From the IMG/VR virus record IMGVR_UViG_3300010340_001122: DNA of 64,000 nucleotides. One strand, written 5' to 3'. The position numbers were made by a program, and so were the translations under genes. A model generated the notes under the pieces. That model was not told the origin of the DNA. It saw nothing but the letters and a program-made list of their open reading frames with translations, and did not search any database. Source of the DNA: a virus. Taxonomy: Duplodnaviria; Caudoviricetes. Below are positions 30,701 to 40,687 of the stretch, in pieces (the stretch's first letter is position 1; each line of letters starts with the position of its first letter).

Positions 30701-32467
30701 TGAAAAAATTTTAATAGTAAATTTATTTTTAACAAATGTTTTAATATTTGAATTTTTTTCCAAAGCTTTGTTAGCTGATATTTTACCATCTTCTGTTGTT
30801 ATGATACCATCGTTATATTTTAATCTTAAAACTGGATCTATTTTTATAACTTTAATATCATAATCACCCTCTGGATCAATCCATACTATTTTTCCATCTA
30901 TATCAAATCTCATTGGCTTGAATATCCTTCTTAATTCGTTTGGCAATTGATCATTCGGTGCCGTTGAATTATAGGACCAATCCTTTGAATCTATACCATT
31001 ATAATATGATGATTTAAAATCAGCATATTTTATAAGGTTTCTTAATTGTTCAACTATCTTATCATTTGGCAATTTTTCACTGAATAGTTTTTCTACTTGT
31101 TGAAGTATTTCAACTCTATCCTCTGCTGATACATTATTTTTATCAAATGATTGTTTAGTTAAAAATAAATAATATTCTCTATATTCATTTATGCTTGATG
31201 TTTCAAATTCCACAAAAAAATCATCCTCTAAATATTTTAAATATTGATTTTCTTCTTTATCAAAATTTATCACATCTTTATATTTTATTTTATCCCAACC
31301 ATCACCTGGACTATCTTTTTGTTTTAAAATTTTTCCATTTTTTTTCCAAGAATATATTGGAGAATCAAGAGTTTGCCAATTAATGGTGTTTCTATAATCA
31401 ATTGATTTATCAAAAATCCATTTTTCATTTTTTATCCAAGGAGCTTTTTCAAAAATTGACTCTTTTTTTTCTAACTCTGTTCCATTATAATTGATTCCCC
31501 AATATTGAACTTTTGAATTTGGATCAATTGCTGTTCCATTTTTATTAAAAATACCTAGAACTATTCTATCTGGAGAGTAATCAATCTCTGTTGACTCTGT
31601 AGGTGTTTTAAACTCTGGTAATTCTTGATCAGAGTCTATATCAATATATTTATAAATATAGTTTTCAGTTGGTTCAAATATTCCAGTTGAATAAATTGTT
31701 GATATTGTAACATATGTAAAGATTTTATTATCAAATGATTCAACTAATTTGTTATTCTCATTTAAAAATTCCTTTTTAACTTTAGTATATTTACCATTCT
31801 TATCAATTTTGAAACCATCCCCTTTTTGTAAAAGAGTAGAAAGATTATTTAATTTTTTAAAAACCTCTTCACTATTTTTATATCCCAAAGCTGGTGGTGT
31901 CCCATAAGGTCCCAAGGAACCACTAAGTGGTCCATTTCCTTTAGGTTTTCTAGATTTTATAGCAAGAGCTAAAGCGGGATTTGTGGCTGCTCCAATTAAA
32001 GGGCAAATTCTTGCGATTATATCCTCTATTTTAGAAAGGCTTTTTATAACAAATTGAGCAATTTCAAAATAAGGCTTTTGTGTTTCAAATATTGATGATA
32101 ATATTGCTTTTTCAATTGAAGGTAATCCAATTCCATCTTTAAATATTCCTGTTTTAGATCCTGATTGTCCATATAATTGATCAAAAGTTTCTCTAATTTT
32201 TGGATTTTTTATTCTAGCAATATTTTCCTGTTGACCTGATTTTAAAAGAGAATCGGATATACCCAATTCATAGTTTGCAAACCGTCTAATATATTCAACA
32301 TCTGGTATTAGAATAGATGATTTTGTATTTGGATAATTATTTTTTTTAGCAAAGTCTCCAATTTGTGGAAGATCCCATAATTTAGGACCAGGTATAGCCA
32401 ATGAAACATTATATTGTAAAAATGTTGATGATGGGTATAGTGGAAATATTGGTAATACTTTAGACAT
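27746..32467 (-). CDS. large hypothetical (probable virion structural) protein
   Basis: 1573 aa; late-type promoter 32487-32495; amphipathic/hydrophobic C-terminal helices. Confidence 0.55.
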   Translation of the reverse strand: MSKVLPIFPLYPSSTFLQYNVSLAIPGPKLWDLPQIGDFAKKNNYPNTKSSILIPDVEYIRRFANYELGISDSLLKSGQQENIARIKNPKIRETFDQLYGQSGSKTGIFKDGIGLPSIEKAILSSIFETQKPYFEIAQFVIKSLSKIEDIIARICPLIGAATNPALALAIKSRKPKGNGPLSGSLGPYGTPPALGYKNSEEVFKKLNNLSTLLQKGDGFKIDKNGKYTKVKKEFLNENNKLVESFDNKIFTYVTISTIYSTGIFEPTENYIYKYIDIDSDQELPEFKTPTESTEIDYSPDRIVLGIFNKNGTAIDPNSKVQYWGINYNGTELEKKESIFEKAPWIKNEKWIFDKSIDYRNTINWQTLDSPIYSWKKNGKILKQKDSPGDGWDKIKYKDVINFDKEENQYLKYLEDDFFVEFETSSINEYREYYLFLTKQSFDKNNVSAEDRVEILQQVEKLFSEKLPNDKIVEQLRNLIKYADFKSSYYNGIDSKDWSYNSTAPNDQLPNELRRIFKPMRFDIDGKIVWIDPEGDYDIKVIKIDPVLRLKYNDGIITTEDGKISANKALEKNSNIKTFVKNKFTIKIFSKSGNSLPFSIDVSRGDNLNTYNNLESYDLVNWNVYFDNTTGEKYETNLEFNFKVYFESNNLPSEIQKMINIPYLLSGRYYPDKDYSNNINNNYDSLSEDLSNRLKENGLIFLSEAVNDRIESTKLEKIDTGISRLSNSSNSFRVEKLTYKYWNKKVINKVLLDESISLGKSAIVAGILTPTGSSLLKKSIEKLDAGVYFYKYYTIETSTISSNLITLKTPNLGHIKLELINGFVNKWIIFELVVNNTTSIDGVNILPLFFKQNTLSINLGSSQEEGIDEIYIPSLTSSISISDLPRFQIELSESGSGIKLINSKDYDIKSILNKNLQELSTSDKLYSKGRYGAGWKGGPCFDNKNSPILDDKGNPIIEPDNPQFIGYNRRSQMTELDIEPYYIIEGYKKSKNEEDENKSNVGSSNSSASGGGFYRMPAAVGITKVMIELTIDLSVKLFPAINKLISLIKNPASFVTTIIQSKLEDHFMIFSPRVTDIISKVDNFRTNFKNANIDDKYSILEEMKKFVKSSEIGNYLYVDNDADFKFVIDGPALIGFFGILFGLDLNITNAFNGGVPIKPIFSNSPTNMNIDKFFNEFEINKNNDQNQKDDKLIKNIDLTKPDESIKNKIVSKNGEVEYYEEVTTTYSTGKFIKGVDYKYIYITQKIEQTIREADELINKTSEIDFSGTASNPLDSLQLASDKYQQAYDMIDKNDNSKDSLKKLLLDKIKALKSKINIVSQPLFKLILGIVTLPLKVVFSIIKWLVDFFKKLVNPIKFPGLIAEFLSFKWIMQFFTPKGILELAGIKFKPEKLMEWCTAVNVPNPLFGSVPNVSRYLIPDDYVIADLNEFLSVGFEAKLPVYTAKQYRDLCLRPFRIFNVFLCFIEKIINSFIMLIWSIMGITAVIPPPLIKLCKKIPENVDMRDLRDLVSGLFKDSELSVAKSDETTGSSYDFIYEVKLPDGSVRKDLDRESVQKLIEQNKGLDFDFLNFETLE

Positions 32468-32510
32468 TACTAAATTTTAATTTATTTATATATTAAAACT
32501 TAGTTTTTTC

Positions 32511-33899
32511 TCAAATTTCTTCTGATCCTTGTATTTCTGATATTATATAATTAAAATTTTCTGGTAAATCATATTTATATTTGGCATTTAGTTTACTAGA
32601 AAATTCACCACCAGAGAATCCAACTATTATTGACATGTTAACAATTTCTTTATCATCCAAAATTAATTTAATTTTAAATTTAAAATTATTATTTTCCTCT
32701 TCTGAGTCTATTTTAAATTTAACATGATAGTCAAATAATATTTCTATATTATTATAATTTTTTCTAAAAAATTCTCTACTTGGAATCTGTATAAAGTTAT
32801 TGCCACCGTTTGAAAGGTAATAAATAGGTCTTTCTAAACAATTCATTTTATTAACAAGAGTTTTCATCAATTTCATTTTAATAGTTCCTGATGATTTTTT
32901 GAATCCATCTTCTTGTTTTTCTATTTCTTCTAACTTATCTCTTTTTAATGATGTTGTAAATAGATGCTCAAGTATTCTAGAATTAAGTATTGCCACTTTA
33001 GTTTCATACCATTCTTTATTTGATCTTTCCAAGTCAATAAAATGAATATCTCTTTTTTTCCAAATTTCACTCATCAATTCAGAAAGTTTAAGAATATTTT
33101 TTTCAAATTCTTTCATATATTCACCAAGATATTTAAACCTTGGATCTCTGTGTCTTATATCAAAATATTCAAAATAACCAATAGCATCAATTCTTTTAGT
33201 GTCTATGAATTTCTCAATATATGATTGTATATTTTTATTTGAATTCTCATATACAATTCTAACCCATTCTTGAGTTAATTTATCCCACTTTTTAATATTT
33301 TCTTCATTAAATAAATTATCAATATCATTTGGAATTAGATCATCAGCAAATGTATTAAAACTTGCTGTTTTTTGTAAAGATAGATTTTTATTTAGATAAA
33401 AAGAGAATTGTGTCCCATCTGTTAATTCAATAACAATATCTTCTTGTATATTCTCATCTTTATTAGGACCTATCCAATATATTTTTGAAATTCTATCAGA
33501 TGTTAATTTCTCATTTGGTAATAGTTTATCAATTATATTTCTGGCAGTTTGTCTAGCATTTACTAATTGTTCCCAATTTTTCTCAATATCAAATTCAACT
33601 TTATCAAAAATAGAATTTATTTTTGATAATTCATCATCAGATTCAAATTTTTTACCTAAATATTTACCTAATTCTAATCTATTTTTTGTTAATAATAGAT
33701 TTTTCAAATCTGTTAAAAATACAGAAGAGTTTTCAGAATATCTTGCTTTTAGTCCTCTATCTAATAAATTATCTAGAAATTCATTATTCAAAAGAATCAT
33801 AGATGTACATATTTCAAAAACTAAATTTTTTGGTGTATAATATGTTTTAACATTACTAACATTAGATTCAAATAAATAGGAGCTCTTTAAAAATTTCAT
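32511..33899 (-). CDS. hypothetical protein with CTS-like N-terminus
   Basis: MKFLKSSYLFES; promoter 33921-33929. Confidence 0.6.
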   Translation of the reverse strand: MKFLKSSYLFESNVSNVKTYYTPKNLVFEICTSMILLNNEFLDNLLDRGLKARYSENSSVFLTDLKNLLLTKNRLELGKYLGKKFESDDELSKINSIFDKVEFDIEKNWEQLVNARQTARNIIDKLLPNEKLTSDRISKIYWIGPNKDENIQEDIVIELTDGTQFSFYLNKNLSLQKTASFNTFADDLIPNDIDNLFNEENIKKWDKLTQEWVRIVYENSNKNIQSYIEKFIDTKRIDAIGYFEYFDIRHRDPRFKYLGEYMKEFEKNILKLSELMSEIWKKRDIHFIDLERSNKEWYETKVAILNSRILEHLFTTSLKRDKLEEIEKQEDGFKKSSGTIKMKLMKTLVNKMNCLERPIYYLSNGGNNFIQIPSREFFRKNYNNIEILFDYHVKFKIDSEEENNNFKFKIKLILDDKEIVNMSIIVGFSGGEFSSKLNAKYKYDLPENFNYIISEIQGSEEI

Positions 33900-33963
33900 A
33901 AAAGTTTTAATACTTTTTATTATATATTAATTTCTAATATGTATTTAACTTGTTTAAATATAT

Positions 33964-35910
33964 ATGTTTATGGCAGATAGTTTAAATACCGGAATACAAA
34001 AGTTAGGAGATACTTTATCAAGTAAATTATTTAATAAAAAAGATAATCCTGAAGGATCCACTAATTTTAGTGGACTATATTCTGGACCAGGCGGAGGAAT
34101 CACTAGAAAAGATCTCAAAGGTGTTGATGAAGATCTATTTATAGATAATGGCCTTACTAGGATTGCAGCATTTACACCAGTTGGTTATTTTGATCAAACC
34201 AATCAATGGATAGATGATAAATTAAGTTCTGTTATAAAAGAAATTCCAGGTGTTTCAAGAACACTAGTTAGTGGTACAATTTTATCTCCTGCCAGTCCAT
34301 CTATACAATTAGTTGATGAGGATACAGGTGATTTATCACCATCAGGATTTACCCCAGTTGCTTATTATAGAACTGGCAAAGAAGTATATTTAGGATTGGG
34401 ATCACAAGCGATGTCAGGATTTGTTCCGAGTAGTAAATCTATTGGAATCGTAAGTAGTGAGGAATCTAAAAATTATACGAAAAAGACTGGTGAATCAGGG
34501 TTTTATGAAAATAAAGAATCTTCTGATTATAGGTTTAAATTCGGATTAGAAGATGACAACTTATTAAATACTACTGATAATTTATCAGTAACTCCAAAAG
34601 ATAATGAAGATCCGTTGTTTCTAGGATTTGAGGTTATAATAGATGTCCCAAACTCACCATTATTTAATGGGGAAGCAGCAAAATTTATTGATATGTTTAA
34701 GGGTAATAGTGAGATAAAATCAAGAGCTAGGATTTTAATAGACACTATAAATGAATTATCAAAATTTTTTAAATTTAATACGAGTGTTTCATCCAAATTT
34801 AGTGAAGATGATATGAATAATTCTATTTTTAATACTTCTCAAAATACTAAAAGACATTATATTAAAAAAATATCCGGACTTGATAAATTGGTTGAAGCTA
34901 ATACCCCATCTGCTCAATCATCTTTTGTTAAATATAGACAAGATTTGATAAAATTATCATTTTATGAAGATACTACTCTAAATCTCGGAACGGTTGCTTC
35001 TTTATATAAATTACTATATTGGTCTAGAATAAATGGTAAGAATATAATACCAGAAAATTTACTCAGATTTGATTGTTATATAATTGCATCTGAAGTCAGA
35101 AATTTAACAAGGGTTGTTAAAGCAGCTAATGGAAAAGCTGGTCTACAAACATTAAAAGAAAATGTTTCTAGATATGTTTATAATCTATATGAGTGTCAAT
35201 TTTTTTTCGATAAAATGACACATGGTGATTCTATTGATATCGGTGGTGGATCTTTGGGTAATCCGGATCCATTAGAAGTAACATTTAGTTATAAATTCTC
35301 AACTATGAGATTTGATAGATTTAATTTCACTTCTAATCAATATTCTTTTTTAAATAATGCTAGAAAAAATCCAACTGAATTAACTCCAAGTGATGCAAAA
35401 TCCGCCACACTAACTGGTGATGAAATAGTTCTTCTTGGTAAAAAAGTTATAAATCCTTTAAATAATGGATATTCCGGAAAAGATATTACAGAAATTGATA
35501 GGTCATCTCTAATCGAAGAAAGATCACAATCTGATATTTCGGGATATGAGACTGTAGTGTTGGATGACTTAAAAGGTAAGGAAAAGTTTGATATTTATAA
35601 TAGCCAATATTCAAAACAAATAATGGAGGATCCATCTACCAACAATGGTAATTTATTTAAAAATGCGGGTGAAAAACTTTTAAAAAATATTAAAAAATCT
35701 GCTCTAAATGAATCACAAAGACAATTAAATAATCAATTTAGGTTAGTAAATAATAGTCTTGATAAAGTTAGAAATTCCTTTGGGATCGGTAGAATTAGTG
35801 ACCCAGTGAATGTTTATGACAGTTCACTCAATCAACCATTCTTCTCGGATCTTAAAAATTCATTAAGAAATTTTGGGGGAGATGTTTTAGGTGGATTATT
35901 GGGAGGTTAA
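33964..35910 (+). CDS. probable tail/baseplate structural protein
   Basis: 648 aa, co-oriented with the gp5-like gene. Confidence 0.45.
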   Translation: MFMADSLNTGIQKLGDTLSSKLFNKKDNPEGSTNFSGLYSGPGGGITRKDLKGVDEDLFIDNGLTRIAAFTPVGYFDQTNQWIDDKLSSVIKEIPGVSRTLVSGTILSPASPSIQLVDEDTGDLSPSGFTPVAYYRTGKEVYLGLGSQAMSGFVPSSKSIGIVSSEESKNYTKKTGESGFYENKESSDYRFKFGLEDDNLLNTTDNLSVTPKDNEDPLFLGFEVIIDVPNSPLFNGEAAKFIDMFKGNSEIKSRARILIDTINELSKFFKFNTSVSSKFSEDDMNNSIFNTSQNTKRHYIKKISGLDKLVEANTPSAQSSFVKYRQDLIKLSFYEDTTLNLGTVASLYKLLYWSRINGKNIIPENLLRFDCYIIASEVRNLTRVVKAANGKAGLQTLKENVSRYVYNLYECQFFFDKMTHGDSIDIGGGSLGNPDPLEVTFSYKFSTMRFDRFNFTSNQYSFLNNARKNPTELTPSDAKSATLTGDEIVLLGKKVINPLNNGYSGKDITEIDRSSLIEERSQSDISGYETVVLDDLKGKEKFDIYNSQYSKQIMEDPSTNNGNLFKNAGEKLLKNIKKSALNESQRQLNNQFRLVNNSLDKVRNSFGIGRISDPVNVYDSSLNQPFFSDLKNSLRNFGGDVLGGLLGG

Positions 35911-35931
35911 AATTTAACAATATATAGGATT

Positions 35932-37485
35932 ATGTATGTTGATAGAACAAGAACCTATATTGGGATAGTTGAAGAAAATGAAGACCCTAAAAAGCTTGGT
36001 AGATGTAGAATAAGGGTTATAGATATTTTTGATAATATACCAAAAGATGATATACCATGGGCATCTCCTTGGAAAGATTTAAATGGAAACTCATTTAATG
36101 TTCCTGAAAAGGGTAAGATAGTCACAGTGGTTTTTGATTCTGGTAATATTTATAAACCTGAATATGTTTATGCTGAACACTATAATATAAATTTAGAAAA
36201 TAAACTACAAAAACTTTCAGGAAAAGATTATACTTCAATGAAGTCGTTATTATTTGATCATAAAACTCAAATATTTGTTAATGATTCCGAAGGACTTGTG
36301 ATTGATCATAAAATGAATCAGATGAATATCACTAATAATAGTATTAATTTAAACCTAAAAGATAATAATTCAAGTATAAATTTAGGACATGAAAGTGCAA
36401 ATCAACAAGCTATATTAGGTACTAATTTTATGAATTGGTTTGACGATTTTATATCTAATTTATTAGGTGAGAAAGGAGGTCCATATCTTGGTAATTTATC
36501 AGCACCAGTTGTTGCTAATCCTGATTTTATTGAAATTTGTCAAAAATATAGAGCATTAAAAGATCCTAAATTTCTATCACATAATGTGAATTTGAACGAT
36601 AATAAATTAATAGATTGTAGTGTTGTTAAAATTCAACAAGATAGAATACAAGATGGTCAAATTGGAGATAAATGGAAAACAACAAAAACAGGTGTTTCTG
36701 ATTTTAGTGGTGGTAATGATTCAGAACCTATTGATTTCGGACCTAAGGCAGCAATTGCTCCAGAAGGAAATCTAACCGAGGCAAGTGGATCACAAGATCC
36801 TAATCAACCAGATACTGAACAAAGAGAGATACCACCCGCTTCTAGTGAAAGTAATGATGATGGTTTATATATACTACTTCAATTAAAAAGACTAAATTAT
36901 GAGATATATTCAAGACCTTATGAGATGAATATAGTTGGAATTAGATATCAAAATTCCGGAGATCCCTACTCAAATAAATTTATTGATAGACTCTATTTGA
37001 TATATAAAAATGACCAAGGATCATTAAAAGCTCATTGGTATCCAATATCAACAGTACCTGGTAAATACGGATCAAGTAAAAGTAAAACATTACACAAAGA
37101 TCTTCCAAAAATGAAAGAAAGAGGTGGATTAGGTATATTACAACCAGCTCAGTATAAAAATTCTTGGACTATTAGTGATTATCATGGTGAAAAGTGTTTG
37201 AGACCTGGTAAACAAAAATTTTATAGAGATACTAATACGGGTGTTGATAAAATAACTTATTCTAAATCAGGAGAAGGAAACGCTGGTATGTTAATTCATA
37301 AAGCTTTCAATAGAAATCAGGGCAAAAACACATATGGTGTTAATAATTGGTCTGAGGGATGTCAAGTTATTCAAAGTCCAACAGATTTAGATCAAATATT
37401 TGGATTATTAGAAAAGCACAAAATGAAATATGGTAATAGATTTACATATACTCTGATAACCAAAAATAATGTTCCTGAACTTTAA
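35932..37485 (+). CDS. gp5-like baseplate spike with C-terminal peptidoglycan-active domain
   Basis: GIVE...DP.KLGRCRIRV...PWA.P...VPEKG..V.V.F gp5 OB-fold; C-terminal IH...WSEGCQV (YkuD-like His/Cys). Confidence 0.75.
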   Translation: MYVDRTRTYIGIVEENEDPKKLGRCRIRVIDIFDNIPKDDIPWASPWKDLNGNSFNVPEKGKIVTVVFDSGNIYKPEYVYAEHYNINLENKLQKLSGKDYTSMKSLLFDHKTQIFVNDSEGLVIDHKMNQMNITNNSINLNLKDNNSSINLGHESANQQAILGTNFMNWFDDFISNLLGEKGGPYLGNLSAPVVANPDFIEICQKYRALKDPKFLSHNVNLNDNKLIDCSVVKIQQDRIQDGQIGDKWKTTKTGVSDFSGGNDSEPIDFGPKAAIAPEGNLTEASGSQDPNQPDTEQREIPPASSESNDDGLYILLQLKRLNYEIYSRPYEMNIVGIRYQNSGDPYSNKFIDRLYLIYKNDQGSLKAHWYPISTVPGKYGSSKSKTLHKDLPKMKERGGLGILQPAQYKNSWTISDYHGEKCLRPGKQKFYRDTNTGVDKITYSKSGEGNAGMLIHKAFNRNQGKNTYGVNNWSEGCQVIQSPTDLDQIFGLLEKHKMKYGNRFTYTLITKNNVPEL

Positions 37486-39098
37486 ACTAAATTAACTTTA
37501 GTTAAAGTGTATGGATACTTTCTTTTTATATAAAACTTTTCTCTTTCTTTGAAATGTTTAAATAATGTATTTTTAGGATCATCTTTTGTAAAGACATCAA
37601 CCAAATCAAAAATCAAAGCTGTCTTCTTTTCTTCATGTAATCTAAGAGCTCTACCAATTGATTGAATAATAATTTGTTCGGATTTAAATGAATCTGCAAA
37701 TATTACATTAAATATCGCATTAATAGAAACACCTGTACTTAATGTACCAAAACTTGCTATTAGAATTTTGGTATTATTACCTGTTTCTTCCATAAATTTT
37801 TTAATAGCTTCTCTTTCTTTATTTCTAACCTCACCATCAATATAGAAAAAGTCTTTACTAGATACTTCAGTTCTTAACTTATTAAGAATTTTTTGACCAT
37901 ATTCAATACTATGAAAAAGAATAAGTGTATTTTTATCACATTTTTCGACAATTTTTTTAATAAAATTTAATCTTTTATCTGATTCATGTATAAAGCTTTT
38001 TTCTAAATCTAAAGCTTCTTTCCCCATCCCACCTCTTTTAATTATTTCAAGTCTTTCACCATAATCCAAATCTTGGTGATTCATTATAACAACCTTAACT
38101 TCCATCGGTGTGATAATACCCTTTTCTTTTAATTCACTTGCAGAAACTTCGGTTATTTTAGGACCTAAAACAGACTGTATTGTTAATATTTCACAAGATT
38201 CATCTGGTGGAAAAGTACCAGAAACTCCAAATCTTGAGTAAGCAGATCCAAATGTTTTGTGTAAAATACCAGTTATAGTTTTTGCTTTAGCTCCGTGTGC
38301 TTCATCACACGCCACCGTGTGAAATTGTTGAAAAAATTGTTTAGGCCATTTTTCTAATGATTGATAAGTACCAATATAAATATTTGGATTTTCAGTTCCA
38401 GAATATTTACGTGGTTTATCAGACATAACCTCTTCTATTCTTATATCACAAGAGGTATAATCTTTATCTGTTAATAACGATTCTATTTTTTTATTTCTAA
38501 TTTCTTCTAAGTTATTAACTCCATGGTTATATTCTATTATATTATCATAGAATTGAGTTACAAGTGTAATTGATGGTACTATCAAAAGAAATTTAGCATC
38601 TGATTTTAGATTCTTTAAAGTGTAAAATATAACTATTGATATAATCAATGATTTACCACCAGAAGTTGCAACCTCTGCCATACAAAATCTATTTTTAAGT
38701 ATTTTATAAGCGGCATCTATTTGATGATCATATGGATCAAATTGAATCCACTCACCTTTTTTATTTTTAACTTTGTGATCTTTAAAAAATTCTTTACAAA
38801 AGTCTTTAACTTTATCAAGAGTAATATCTCTGTTAACTGGAAAATCTTCTTTATTTTCTATAACAAATGGTACTTCTATTTCTTTACAACCTTTATAACA
38901 TTCTTTCCAAAGTCCAAGATTTATTCTACCATTTCTAAAATACGAATTCTGACCATTCCACACACCCAGTTTGAAAGCAGGCATATATCTATAACCTTTA
39001 ACATGTCGTGTTAGCCAAATATTCATTTGATGATATTCAACCCTTGTTGCATCAGATACAACTAATTCTTCGGTGAGTGGTTCATAACGAAACTTCAT
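37482..39098 (-). CDS. uvsW: UvsW-like SF2 DNA helicase
   Basis: ATSGGKS, DEAH, SGT, STG.SI, QSIGR.LR. Confidence 0.85.
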   Translation of the reverse strand: MKFRYEPLTEELVVSDATRVEYHQMNIWLTRHVKGYRYMPAFKLGVWNGQNSYFRNGRINLGLWKECYKGCKEIEVPFVIENKEDFPVNRDITLDKVKDFCKEFFKDHKVKNKKGEWIQFDPYDHQIDAAYKILKNRFCMAEVATSGGKSLIISIVIFYTLKNLKSDAKFLLIVPSITLVTQFYDNIIEYNHGVNNLEEIRNKKIESLLTDKDYTSCDIRIEEVMSDKPRKYSGTENPNIYIGTYQSLEKWPKQFFQQFHTVACDEAHGAKAKTITGILHKTFGSAYSRFGVSGTFPPDESCEILTIQSVLGPKITEVSASELKEKGIITPMEVKVVIMNHQDLDYGERLEIIKRGGMGKEALDLEKSFIHESDKRLNFIKKIVEKCDKNTLILFHSIEYGQKILNKLRTEVSSKDFFYIDGEVRNKEREAIKKFMEETGNNTKILIASFGTLSTGVSINAIFNVIFADSFKSEQIIIQSIGRALRLHEEKKTALIFDLVDVFTKDDPKNTLFKHFKEREKFYIKRKYPYTLTKVNLV

Positions 39099-39194
39099 TA
39101 TATGTTATATATCCAAAAGTGTTTTAAGTTTTTTAAGGTTTTTTACAAAAGGGACATGATATATGAGTATATATATTAAAAAATAATAAAATTT

Positions 39195-39551
39195 ATGAAA
39201 TTTATTAAATTCATTAAAAGTCTATTTAAAGGTTTTACTGAAGAATCAACTATGCCAGTAATCAACACACCAGTAACAAAGACCAAAGTTGAAGAGCCAG
39301 TTGTAATAGTTGAGGAAACACCAACTTTTACTAACGAGCCAGTTGTAAAAGTTGAAACAGATACGCCAGTTATTGTTGAATCTGATAAAAAAGAGATAGT
39401 AACTGAGACTCCTAAGGTTGAGGAATCGAAAACTGCTAAGGAAATTAAATCTAAAGTTAGAAAACCTAACCCAGATGTAAATCAACAGTCTAAGCCTAAA
39501 CCAAAAAGAAGAAGACCTTCTAAGCCAAAACAACCCAAACAAGGTGAATAA
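39195..39551 (+). CDS. low-complexity hypothetical protein
   Basis: E/V/T/P-rich with a basic tail. Confidence 0.55.
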   Translation: MKFIKFIKSLFKGFTEESTMPVINTPVTKTKVEEPVVIVEETPTFTNEPVVKVETDTPVIVESDKKEIVTETPKVEESKTAKEIKSKVRKPNPDVNQQSKPKPKRRRPSKPKQPKQGE

Positions 39552-39583
39552 AAAAAACCTCTGATTTATCAGAGGTTTTTTTT
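39551..39583. terminator. bidirectional intrinsic terminator
   Basis: A-tract CCTCTGAT-tt-ATCAGAGG T-tract between convergent genes. Confidence 0.85.
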
Positions 39584-39899
39584 ATTTTAAAAGTTTGATA
39601 TAAGATTTATAAGTTTTCCTATCCATAGTCATAATACAATATTTAGAATCTATTTCATTATAATAAGGGAAAAAGTAAAAACTATTATCTTGTTCATTAA
39701 AATTAAGTCCTAAAATCATTCTACCACCTTGTCTATATTTATCGCTATCTGATTTTAAAACAATAAAGTCATAATATATAATTTCTCTATGTAAAGACCA
39801 CCCATACTCTGATAATTTACACTCTAATATATGATCACCATCTTCATCTCTGAAGAGTAATCTATAGGATTTATTTTGTTTTAGAAGATTTTTCATCAT
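39582..39899 (-). CDS. hypothetical protein
   Basis: 105-aa ORF after TATATTTG box at 39916-39923. Confidence 0.55.
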   Translation of the reverse strand: MMKNLLKQNKSYRLLFRDEDGDHILECKLSEYGWSLHREIIYYDFIVLKSDSDKYRQGGRMILGLNFNEQDNSFYFFPYYNEIDSKYCIMTMDRKTYKSYIKLLK

Positions 39900-39935
39900 C
39901 TTATTATTAATATATCAAATATACGAAAAATCTTC

Positions 39936-40604
39936 TTATTTTTTCTTTTTTTTCTTAGTAATAATACTATCAATCATACCATAATCTAAAGCGGATTTAG
40001 CAGTCATCCAATAATCTCTATCACCATCTTTATAAACTTTATCATACTTTTGTCCTGTTCTATCTGATATTATTTCATATAGCTCTTTTTTAAGTTCATT
40101 TATTTCACGTGCTTCAATTTCCATATCTGATGCTTGTTGAACCCATCCACCATAACCAAGTGGTTGATGTATCATTGTCCTGCTTCTTTTAAGAGCTTTC
40201 CTTTTCCCCCTTGTTCCTGAACATAATATTATAGCAGCCATTGATGCTGCTAATCCAGTATTTATTGTTTCAATATCCGGTTTAATATATTCCATCACAT
40301 CTAATAGACCTAAACCACTATAAACAGAACCACCAGGTGAATCGATATAAATCGATATATCATCATTTGATGTATTTTCAAGATATAATAACTGAGCTTT
40401 AATTAAATTACAAACTCCAGATTCCAACTCTGTGTTTAGAAAAATAATTCTATCATTTAACATTTTATTAAAAACATCAAACATTGATGTTGAAAATCCA
40501 TCATCAATAAATTGGCTAGTTTTATTAGATATTTTATTAAAATAGTCATCAAAATAAAGACTATTTATATTGTGGTGTTTAGTAGCATATTTTCTAAAAT
40601 CCAT
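39936..40604 (-). CDS. clpP: ATP-dependent Clp protease proteolytic subunit
   Basis: YIDSPGGSV, AASMA (Ser), MIHQP (His), DRD (Asp). Confidence 0.95.
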   Translation of the reverse strand: MDFRKYATKHHNINSLYFDDYFNKISNKTSQFIDDGFSTSMFDVFNKMLNDRIIFLNTELESGVCNLIKAQLLYLENTSNDDISIYIDSPGGSVYSGLGLLDVMEYIKPDIETINTGLAASMAAIILCSGTRGKRKALKRSRTMIHQPLGYGGWVQQASDMEIEAREINELKKELYEIISDRTGQKYDKVYKDGDRDYWMTAKSALDYGMIDSIITKKKKKK

Positions 40605-40687
40605 ATATCATTTTTTTCTTATTATAGAAGGAATAAGGCTTTAAGTTTATTATATAAGTAATATATACATAAAGCTTTGTTAAATCT

